NCBI GenBank assembly: GCA_036479435.1
Contig: JAZGFI010000147.1
Location: 1 to 64,000 of the forward strand
Origin: Planctomycetota bacterium
GTDB lineage: Bacteria; Planctomycetota; GCA-002687715; DRQF01
Direction of reading: 5' to 3'
DNA length: 64,000 nt
In this document: piece after piece, positions 49,208 to 56,952 of the stretch
Layout of the letters: each line of letters starts with the position of its first letter
Position numbering within the stretch: position 1 is the first letter of the stretch
Notes under the pieces: model-generated
What the model saw: only the letters and a program-made list of their open reading frames with translations
The model's database searches: none
What the model was told of the DNA's origin: nothing
Made by a program: the position numbers and the translations under genes

Positions 49208-50716
49208 ATGTCAGCTCGTATTTTGATCATCAGCACGGTTGCCATCGGCATCTTGAGTTTTGCTGCTCCCGTTTTTGCGCAGGATTGGCTTCGGCTGCAC
49301 TCCAACAAGACCATCCGCGGCGAGTGCCTCGAAGACGGTGAGAAGTCGGTGAAGATCATCGACGGCAACGCCGTCATTCATGTCGTGGACAAAGCCGACA
49401 TCAAGCGACTCAAGATTCGACCGCTCAAGAAGCCCGTGGCGGCGAAACTTGCGGCGATCGACGCTAACGATCCGGCCGCGATGCTCGAAGTTGCGGAATG
49501 GGCGGCTGGCAACAAGAAGCTCGCCAAAGACTCTTTGCGCATCGCCTTACGCATCTTGGCTCTCGATCAGTCACACGCTGCCGCTCGCGAAATGCTGGGG
49601 CACGTCCAGATCCTTGCGGTCTGGTACCGGGATTCAAAATCCGCCCAAAAGGCCCTCGCGGAAAAACTAACCGCCGACGGCTTTGTGAAAGTCGAAGGCG
49701 GCTGGATCAAAGCCGACCAAGAAGCGCTCTACAAGGTGAACCCCGAAGCGTGGATGCTCGTTGAGAACGTCTACTGGCGTCTTATCGACGACGTCATGAA
49801 GGAACGTGGTTTTAAGAAGTTCGAAGGCGAGTGGTATGCGAAGAAAGACCACGATCTCGTCAAACATCTTGAATACATCAAGAGCGAGTTTGATGAGGTC
49901 CTTCACGCCGCCCGCGAAGGGTCGATCTCGGTGTTTTCTGTTCTCGGGCGAGAGTCAGCCCAAGAGCACTTAGAAAACCTCAGCAAAGCTAGGGCTTGGT
50001 TCGTGGAGACCTTTTGCGTTAGCGAAAAGTCGAAGGAGCTGCTGGTCAAACCGCATTGCCGCAAGTACATCCTGACGGATGTGTCATCGCTGGATCAGTT
50101 CGCGGGGGTCTTTGCCAAGAAATATAAGATCTCCGGAGACGCCGCGGCGTTTGCCTTAAGTGCGGGCCATCTCACTTGGGTGGGCCTGGGCCACGCAACT
50201 TCGTTGCGCCATCCTTTGTGGACGCCTTTGCTTATTTCGCAAATTGGCGGCGACATGCTCAACTACGCCTGGAAGGGCGACATTGACGTGCCGCCGTGGC
50301 TGTGGGTGGCCTGTGCGCACTCCGCTGAATTCAACATCTTTGACCAAGCGCGGGTGCAGTACATCGGGCAAGATCCCTACGGACGCAAGACCGATCCGCC
50401 GAAACTCAAGGGCCGCAAGTTCCGTGACATCAAGTCGGATTTACGGGATCACTACCGGGCCAAAGAAGTTCCAGCTCTGCAGGTCTTGTTTATCCGCAGT
50501 TTCAACGAGTTGAACGGTCCCATGAACATCATGGGTATCGTGTTGATGCGCTACCTGCTTGAGAAACACAAAGAGCAGCTCCTGGCGTTTATCGGGGGTA
50601 AACCCGCAGGTCCCATGAAGCAGCGCTTCAAGCACTACTTCAAGACGAGTTTTACCGCCATGGATCACGAGTTCCGCACTTGGGTTATGGACAAAAAGAC
50701 CGATCCCAAGAACTGA
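49208..50716 (+). CDS. Secreted hypothetical protein (planctomycete-type, degenerate peptidase-MA-like C-terminus)
   Basis: Signal peptide ending VFA-QD; ILALDQSHAAAREMLGH and G...eG.W repeats; no HExxH. Confidence 0.65.
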   Translation: MSARILIISTVAIGILSFAAPVFAQDWLRLHSNKTIRGECLEDGEKSVKIIDGNAVIHVVDKADIKRLKIRPLKKPVAAKLAAIDANDPAAMLEVAEWAAGNKKLAKDSLRIALRILALDQSHAAAREMLGHVQILAVWYRDSKSAQKALAEKLTADGFVKVEGGWIKADQEALYKVNPEAWMLVENVYWRLIDDVMKERGFKKFEGEWYAKKDHDLVKHLEYIKSEFDEVLHAAREGSISVFSVLGRESAQEHLENLSKARAWFVETFCVSEKSKELLVKPHCRKYILTDVSSLDQFAGVFAKKYKISGDAAAFALSAGHLTWVGLGHATSLRHPLWTPLLISQIGGDMLNYAWKGDIDVPPWLWVACAHSAEFNIFDQARVQYIGQDPYGRKTDPPKLKGRKFRDIKSDLRDHYRAKEVPALQVLFIRSFNELNGPMNIMGIVLMRYLLEKHKEQLLAFIGGKPAGPMKQRFKHYFKTSFTAMDHEFRTWVMDKKTDPKN

Positions 50717-50953
50717 CCTCCACGGTGGGCCGAGCCTCTTGGTTTTGCCGTGACCTTTGGCTCCAGTACGGCTATATTGTTGTCGGAGCGGGGAAGGTCG
50801 CCGGAGAACGGCTGGACCTGTCTGCGTCTGCATGGGCATAACTGTCCCTTACTCAGCCAACCAGCCCAAACCCTCTCATTGGCAACCCGCAAAACCGTCT
50901 TAGACCACCACGGCGTCCGCAGAAGCTGCGCCAAGGCATTTGAGGGTCCCTAT

Positions 50954-52897
50954 ATGTCCCGTTCACGATTGTTCATCTTGGCCGTCGGCACTTTTGTTTT
51001 GTTGGGTTGGCTTGGCAGCGACCTATTCGCCCAAAAACGGGGTGGGGCGCGATCGGGCGGCGGCAGGTCGTCTGCAGGCCGTTCCAGCGCCGGTCGCTCC
51101 AGCGCGGGCCGTGCTTCGCGGGGACCGAGCCGCTCGAGTGTTTCACGCCGATCGGCTTCGCCGCGGTCGACTCGATCGGCTTCGCCGCGGTCGACTCGAT
51201 CGGCTTCGCCGTCCAGAGGGTCACGATCAAGGTCACGAGCACGCACACCCTCACGCTCGCCTTCGCGGTCGTCGGCTCGTAGATCAAACCCGCGTTCTGC
51301 AGGAACAAGATACAACGGCGGCGGGGGATCGAACCGCTCAAACTCTCGCCAGCCCTCGCGGTCTTACAACGGTAGTCGCAACAACGGCGGGTCGAGCGCT
51401 AGCTCAAATCGCTACGGTTCGGGCTATCGAAGTTCGTCGCGATCTAACCGCGGTTCTTCGCGCGCGACGCGCTCTTACCGCTACGGAACCAACAGCAATG
51501 GCCTGCGCCTTGCGCCGACCCGCAAGGGGGTCTCTTCGGCTCGTAATTCGTCGAGAAGTGGATCGCGATTGGCAACTCCCTCGAGATCCGGTCGCTCCTC
51601 TTCTAAGGCCAGCCTCGGGCGAGGGAAGGGCTCCGCTAACAGCGCGCGTTCCGGCGGGCGCCTTGGTAACCGTAAGAACAGCCGCGGCAGCATTCGACCG
51701 AACAAGAGTAGTCGTTCGTCGAGTGACTACCGAAATACTCTGCGCAACCGCGTCAACGGGAGTTCCAAAGGCGGAAACCTCAACAGCCTGAACCGTCGCG
51801 GCACGCGCCCTGGCGTCACCCGTAACTTAGGTTCCGCCACTAAGAGCACGCGATCGAAGAATGGCCCACGCACCTCGCCTTCCACCTACAGCCACAAGCC
51901 CGGCGCGAAGGGCAAGGGTCGCCCGAACCTGAACACCGGTGGCAACTACGTCGGCAGCAACTATGACGGTTGTGGCTACGGTCATGACTACGACTATGAT
52001 TATGGTCACAACCACCACCGCCATCATCACCATCGTTACGGCTGGGGATTCCATTTTGGTTTCGGCATCGGGCTCGGCTATTTCAGCCACTACGGCTACT
52101 ACTACCGACCCTGGTACTACCCCTACTTTCGCCATTCCTATTACTACCCCTGGTACGGTTACAGCCACTACCCCTACTACTGGTCCTACAGCAACTACGC
52201 GTCGAGCCGCTACCTCGGCGACTGCGATTACATCAGCTACGCAAACGACAACTATTACGGGGACGCCTTGGGATACAACTCCGATCCCTACCTCGAAGGT
52301 AGCGGCGCGAGCCTGAGTCCCGAGGTCGTTGATGAATCGGACGAAGGCTTTTTGCCTTTCGGCAACAACCAGGGCTTGACGCTCGCTCCCGAGGGTTCTT
52401 TGTCGCGTCCTTTGGCGACCGGGGTTCAGGTTGGGGCGAACTACTCCGAAAAACTCGGTTCGGCCAAGCGCTACATGCAAAGCGGGCAACACTTAAAGGC
52501 GGCCGAGGCTGCTCGCCTCGCCTACATCGACAAGCAAACTCCGGAAGCGTTGTTGAAAGTTGGTCTTTCGCTGCTCGCCGCCGGTGACTACCCTTTGGCG
52601 TCTTGGAGCTTTGTGCAGGGGCTGCAAGCCAACGAAAAGAACGTCTTCGACACCACGGTGTGGTTGAACGATTACGTCGGCGGCCCCGCTACTTCGCGCT
52701 CGCTGCGCGGCTTGGAGGGCTATCTCGTTGACAACCCCAACGACGAAGCATCGAGCTTGTTGTTGGGTAGCCTCTACATCATGACGGGGCGCGACTACGC
52801 CGGGCACATCGTCTTGTCGGAACTCGAACAGAAAAACTACGAGACGGAAACGATTGGGCTCTTCATCAGTCGGGCTCGCCAAAACCTCAAGCGCTAA
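50954..52897 (+). CDS. Secreted low-complexity protein (R/S/G-rich, then Y/H/G-rich, then TPR-like)
   Basis: Signal peptide ending LFA-QK, long RS tract, HHRHHHH and YYYRPWYYPY block, helical C-terminal domain. Confidence 0.75.
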   Translation: MSRSRLFILAVGTFVLLGWLGSDLFAQKRGGARSGGGRSSAGRSSAGRSSAGRASRGPSRSSVSRRSASPRSTRSASPRSTRSASPSRGSRSRSRARTPSRSPSRSSARRSNPRSAGTRYNGGGGSNRSNSRQPSRSYNGSRNNGGSSASSNRYGSGYRSSSRSNRGSSRATRSYRYGTNSNGLRLAPTRKGVSSARNSSRSGSRLATPSRSGRSSSKASLGRGKGSANSARSGGRLGNRKNSRGSIRPNKSSRSSSDYRNTLRNRVNGSSKGGNLNSLNRRGTRPGVTRNLGSATKSTRSKNGPRTSPSTYSHKPGAKGKGRPNLNTGGNYVGSNYDGCGYGHDYDYDYGHNHHRHHHHRYGWGFHFGFGIGLGYFSHYGYYYRPWYYPYFRHSYYYPWYGYSHYPYYWSYSNYASSRYLGDCDYISYANDNYYGDALGYNSDPYLEGSGASLSPEVVDESDEGFLPFGNNQGLTLAPEGSLSRPLATGVQVGANYSEKLGSAKRYMQSGQHLKAAEAARLAYIDKQTPEALLKVGLSLLAAGDYPLASWSFVQGLQANEKNVFDTTVWLNDYVGGPATSRSLRGLEGYLVDNPNDEASSLLLGSLYIMTGRDYAGHIVLSELEQKNYETETIGLFISRARQNLKR

Positions 52898-52905
52898 CGC
52901 CATCG

Positions 52906-52955
52906 GCGTCAGTCCTCCATTCCATCCCTGCCGGGAAAGGGGGCTGATGCTTTTT
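52906..52955 (+). terminator. Probable intrinsic terminator
   Basis: GCGTCAGTCCTC...GGGGGCTGATGC followed by TTTTT. Confidence 0.55.
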
Positions 52956-53086
52956 GGTGTCAACTCGCCTGCATCTTTATTCTCAGTTGAATTCAGGGGC
53001 GTTATCTAAAGTCGTCGATCGTGATCGCTCGATGGCTTTAAGTAGCGCTTTTTCCTTGCGGACCTGAACTTTAACGAGAAAAAACC

Positions 53087-53644
53087 ATGCCCCTAGTCGA
53101 AGCACCGCCGCAGATTGCAGCCGAGGAAATCGAGTTCACGCACGGCGATCCGCCGGTGGTGCCCAAGACGGGGCTCAGTGCTTGTTCCGAAAAGAAAGTC
53201 AAGCAGTTGTGGCAGGACAGTCGCAATATCAATGGTCTCGGAGTGCTTTGGTCATTTACCAGTTTGGTTCTGGTTGGCTTGGTTGTCTTGATGAACATCG
53301 GAATCAGCGGCGCAAGCGAAGCCCTTCCGCTGGAAGGCCTGTTGGGTGGGGCCGTGCTTGGCGCGCTTGGATTTCTACATGTGTACGGCGCGTATGTGGC
53401 TTTCGCGCGTCCGGCCAGTGGACAAACTGGAGTGATCGTGCTTTCCACGATTTCGCTAGCAAGCTTTCCGGTCGGCACGGCGGTGGGGGTCATCGGACTC
53501 ATTGCTTCGACCCGCTCCAAAGAACTCTTCGGTATCGAACGCTTTCGCTCTTTTGAGATCAACAAAGAATGGAAGCAACGCAAGAAAGACGCGAAGCTGA
53601 AGAAGAAGGAATTGAAAAGGGCGAGGAAAGAAGGCCGCGCCTAA
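53087..53644 (+). CDS. Hypothetical membrane protein
   Basis: Three to four hydrophobic segments, FPVGT motif, basic C-terminus. Confidence 0.7.
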   Translation: MPLVEAPPQIAAEEIEFTHGDPPVVPKTGLSACSEKKVKQLWQDSRNINGLGVLWSFTSLVLVGLVVLMNIGISGASEALPLEGLLGGAVLGALGFLHVYGAYVAFARPASGQTGVIVLSTISLASFPVGTAVGVIGLIASTRSKELFGIERFRSFEINKEWKQRKKDAKLKKKELKRARKEGRA

Positions 53645-53676
53645 AGGCCGCGCGGATCCCTTCCTCTGTTTCTGAA

Positions 53677-54309
53677 TTAGCCTTCGGCGCTGCCTTCCAT
53701 CGCGCGGTTGTCGAACTTGTTGATCGAAACTATCTCTTCAAGATTGTAAAGCCCGAGTCGCGGCCAGGCGGCCTCAATTCCCTTACCCACGGTTACCAGC
53801 ATGAGCGGCGGCATTTCGGCGCTGAGGCCCACGATCTCTGCGACTTGTTGGGGATCAAAGCCGATAAGCGGGCAGGATTCGTAGCCGAGATCCTGCGCGG
53901 CCAACATCAAGTTCATGGCCGCCATGCCCACCGAGCGACAGGCTTCGTCGCGGATGAGCTCGTCTTTTCCTTCGTAAAACTGCCCAATCATGGGCGTGAA
54001 CATCTCACGCACTTTCTCCGGCGCGGTACGAAGGAACTTCTTTGGCGTCTGGTGAGCTTTGAAGTTCCCGGCCACCACGATGACGACGGAGGCGTCGCCA
54101 ACGTGCTCTTGGTTCCAGGAAGCCGCTTTTAACTTTGCCTTAACGGCAGCATCTGTCACGGCTACAAATTGCCGGTTTTGCATGTTGAAAGACGTCGGTG
54201 CCAAAGCGCCCGCGGACATGAGTTTCCTCAAGTCGCCATCCGGGATCTCGAAGTTGGCGTCGAAGTGTTTGACGGCGCGACGATTCTTGATGGCTTCAAT
54301 AACGTTCAT
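53677..54309 (-). CDS. Nitroreductase family protein
   Basis: AIKNRRAVKHFD, APTSFNMQN, MLAAQDLGYESCPLIGFD. Confidence 0.93.
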   Translation of the reverse strand: MNVIEAIKNRRAVKHFDANFEIPDGDLRKLMSAGALAPTSFNMQNRQFVAVTDAAVKAKLKAASWNQEHVGDASVVIVVAGNFKAHQTPKKFLRTAPEKVREMFTPMIGQFYEGKDELIRDEACRSVGMAAMNLMLAAQDLGYESCPLIGFDPQQVAEIVGLSAEMPPLMLVTVGKGIEAAWPRLGLYNLEEIVSINKFDNRAMEGSAEG

Positions 54310-54389
54310 GAGAACTCCCTTGCGCCGCTTTGAGCGGCGATCGTTGTGAGTAGCCTAGTGTCTCAGAGAATTTGTCTTGGGATCTTGTT

Positions 54390-54404
54390 AAAATGTATAT
54401 ACAA
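54390..54404. promoter_or_regulatory. Putative MarR operator 1 (TGTATATACA palindrome)
   Basis: AAAATGTATATACAA lies between the divergent nitroreductase and marR genes, with an identical copy at 54910. Confidence 0.75.
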
Positions 54405-54424
54405 GTAACCTTGGAGGTTCAAGA

Positions 54425-54874
54425 TTGAAAGACGCGAAAACAACTCGTTTGACGAAGCGGATAGCGACGGAGTGTATTGTCGTCCGTCTGCGTGCGCTCA
54501 ACCGAGCCGTGTCGAAGATTTACGATGACGCCTTGAGACCGTTGGGTCTAAGAGTCAGCCAAATGAATATTCTGGTCGCAGCGGGTGTTGTGGGTGAGGC
54601 GCGTCCCGCGGACGTCTGCGCGGCGCTCCATCTTGACCTCTCCACGCTGAGTCGCAACGTCGAGCGGATGAAGGCCAAAGGATGGCTTGAAGTGATCCCC
54701 GACGACGATGGCCGAGCCCAGCCTTTTCGTTTGACGCGAAAAGGGTCCGCTCTGCTTAGCGATGCCGCGCCAGCCTGGAGTAAGGCACAATGCCGCGCCA
54801 AGTCAATCCTTGGGGGGCAGTCTTTGGATTTTTTGGACCGAGCCATGAAAAGGCTGAATGCCGCATCGAGTTAG
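54425..54874 (+). CDS. MarR family transcriptional regulator
   Basis: C..VRLRALNRAVSKIYDDALRPLGL..SQ, DLSTLSRNV, DGR...LTRKG; TTG start after GGAGG. Confidence 0.92.
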   Translation: MKDAKTTRLTKRIATECIVVRLRALNRAVSKIYDDALRPLGLRVSQMNILVAAGVVGEARPADVCAALHLDLSTLSRNVERMKAKGWLEVIPDDDGRAQPFRLTRKGSALLSDAAPAWSKAQCRAKSILGGQSLDFLDRAMKRLNAASS

Positions 54875-54909
54875 GAACCTGGCGTCGGTCGGTCTTTTTT
54901 TTGACCATA

Positions 54910-54924
54910 AAAATGTATATACAA
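54910..54924. promoter_or_regulatory. Putative MarR operator 2
   Basis: AAAATGTATATACAA, 20 nt upstream of the 54945 ATG. Confidence 0.75.
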
Positions 54925-54944
54925 ATAAATGAAAGAGGTCGCTC

Positions 54945-56285
54945 ATGAAACTCTCAGATCATCCCACGGTGAAGCTCATGCGTGGGCACGAAACTCATCC
55001 CGCCCCGCTAACAAGTCATGAACCGCTCAAGAGTGAAGGGCTGCGACAACTCGTCCTGGACGCCGGCGCCGATGATGTCGGTTTTGTCGATATTGGCCGG
55101 CCAGCCCTCGACGATCAAAGGGCGGACATCCTGAGAGCATTCCCGCGCACGAAGGCCTTGATCAGTTTCGTCGTGCGCATGAATCGGGAGCCCATCCGGT
55201 CGGCGGCGCGCAGCGTGGCCAACCTAGAGTTTCACCGTGGCACAGATGGCGTCGGGGAGGTCGGCCACGCGGTCGTTCGGGCGCTTGAAGATCGCGGCGT
55301 CGCGGCTCTCAATCCGGCTCCGGGCTTTCCGATGGAGATGGACAAGTTCCCCGGCCGGACTTGGATTGTGTCGCACAAGCCGGTGGCGGTAGCGGCAGGG
55401 CTAGGAAAGATGGGCATTCACCGCAACGTCATCCACCCCAAGTTCGGCAATTTCGTTCTGCTGGGCACGATCTTGGTGGATACGGCCATTTCGGACTACG
55501 GTCAAGCCATCGATTACAACCCCTGCCTTGAGTGCAAGCTCTGCGTCGCTTCTTGCCCGGTGGGCGCGATTTCGCCCAATGGCGACTTCAACTTCTCCGC
55601 TTGCTACACACACAACTATCGCGAGTTCATGGGGGGTTTTAGCGATTGGGCGGGGAAGATCGCTTCGAGCAAGAGTGCTTTGGGTTACCGGGCGAAAGTC
55701 AGTGAATCGGAGTCGGCCTCAATGTGGCAGAGCCTGTCTTTTGGCGCGAACTACAAGGCGGCCTACTGTCTCTCCGTTTGCCCCGCCGGTGAAGACGTCA
55801 TTGCTCCCTACTTGGATGATCGAAAAAGTCACGTTGAGCAGCACCTAAGGCCGCTTCAGGCCAAAGAGGAAACCATCTACGTCCTGAAAAACTCCGACGC
55901 CGCAGACCACGTCGCCAAGCGTTTTCCTCACAAGGACATCAAGCAGGTCGAGAACAGCCTGCACTCGCGCACGGTTGATGGTTTCATGCAGGGCCTTGGT
56001 CTGGTGTTTCAGCCCGGAAAGTCGGTGGGGATCGAGGCGACCTACCACTTTAGTTTTGTAGGTGCTGAGAACCGTGAGTTGACGGTTGTGATAAGAGATC
56101 GAAAACTCCAAATTACCGAGGGCCACCAAGGCAAAGCCGAGCTCAAAATTCGGGTGGACACCAAGACTTGGTTTGGGTTTTTGGCGAAAGAGAAGAGCTT
56201 GGTTTGGGCCCTCCTAAGCCGCCGGATTCGCCTGAGAGGTTCGCCGAAGTGGTTGCTGGCTTTCGGCAAGTGCTTCCCGCAGTAA
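54945..56285 (+). CDS. QueG/reductive-dehalogenase-like 4Fe-4S protein with C-terminal SCP2 sterol-carrier domain
   Basis: GADDVG, SHKPVAVAAGLG, GNFVLLGTIL, CLECKLCVASCP, CLSVCP; the last ~110 aa are SCP2-like. Confidence 0.8.
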   Translation: MKLSDHPTVKLMRGHETHPAPLTSHEPLKSEGLRQLVLDAGADDVGFVDIGRPALDDQRADILRAFPRTKALISFVVRMNREPIRSAARSVANLEFHRGTDGVGEVGHAVVRALEDRGVAALNPAPGFPMEMDKFPGRTWIVSHKPVAVAAGLGKMGIHRNVIHPKFGNFVLLGTILVDTAISDYGQAIDYNPCLECKLCVASCPVGAISPNGDFNFSACYTHNYREFMGGFSDWAGKIASSKSALGYRAKVSESESASMWQSLSFGANYKAAYCLSVCPAGEDVIAPYLDDRKSHVEQHLRPLQAKEETIYVLKNSDAADHVAKRFPHKDIKQVENSLHSRTVDGFMQGLGLVFQPGKSVGIEATYHFSFVGAENRELTVVIRDRKLQITEGHQGKAELKIRVDTKTWFGFLAKEKSLVWALLSRRIRLRGSPKWLLAFGKCFPQ

Positions 56286-56298
56286 GAAATCACGTTCT

Positions 56299-56356
56299 GT
56301 GCCAGGCACCCGTCCGTCACTCTGGCACCGCAGAGTGACGGACGGGTGCCTGGCAC
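56299..56356. repeat. Perfect 26-bp inverted repeat (REP-like)
   Basis: GTGCCAGGCACCCGTCCGTCACTCTG-gcaccg-CAGAGTGACGGACGGGTGCCTGGCAC. Confidence 0.85.
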
Positions 56357-56943
56357 TTCTTGTGCAAGATGAGGTTTCGGGTGCTGATGATGGGCACGAG
56401 TGCGGTGCCGGCAATCCAGACCGGGTCTTTAGTGGCAAGGGCGTAGGTAAATAAAAGCGTGCCGCCGACGAGGGAGATCCAAAAGAAGGTGGGGCTTAGG
56501 TGGGCTTTGCCCGCGCGCTCGCTGAGGTGCCACTGGATGGGAAAACGCGCCAGCCAGATCAACTGACCGACAACCCCGAGGTAAAACCAAAGGCCGCGAT
56601 TTTCGGCGTAGATGTCGCTCGTGGCGAGGTACACCATGAGGTTTAAGAAGAGCATCGTCGCGCCGATCTTGACGGTGGCGTGAAGAGTTGTGCGACCGAC
56701 ATCGAGCATGATGTGCCGGACGTAGAGAAAAAGGTTGGCAAGGCTGCCGAAAGTGAAGATGAGGCTTTCGCGGTGAAGGGCGTAGACCAAAAGGCAGAGC
56801 GACCCGAACAAAGACAGCCACCAAAAGGCCTTCGGAACCGTGATGCTCTTGGCGCGTTCGCTGGCGATCCACTGGATCAAAAAGCGGAGAAAGAAAAACC
56901 CCTGCCCAATCCACCCGATTGCCGTGAACACATCAAAGGGCAC
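56317..56943 (-). CDS. Lipid-A-disaccharide synthase N-terminal (LAB_N) duplicated-domain membrane protein
   Basis: Two copies of GQ..F..RF.IQW..SERA.K...P..FW..SL.G. Confidence 0.88.
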   Translation of the reverse strand: MPFDVFTAIGWIGQGFFFLRFLIQWIASERAKSITVPKAFWWLSLFGSLCLLVYALHRESLIFTFGSLANLFLYVRHIMLDVGRTTLHATVKIGATMLFLNLMVYLATSDIYAENRGLWFYLGVVGQLIWLARFPIQWHLSERAGKAHLSPTFFWISLVGGTLLFTYALATKDPVWIAGTALVPIISTRNLILHKKCQAPVRHSAVPE

Positions 56944-56952
56944 GTGCAGGTC

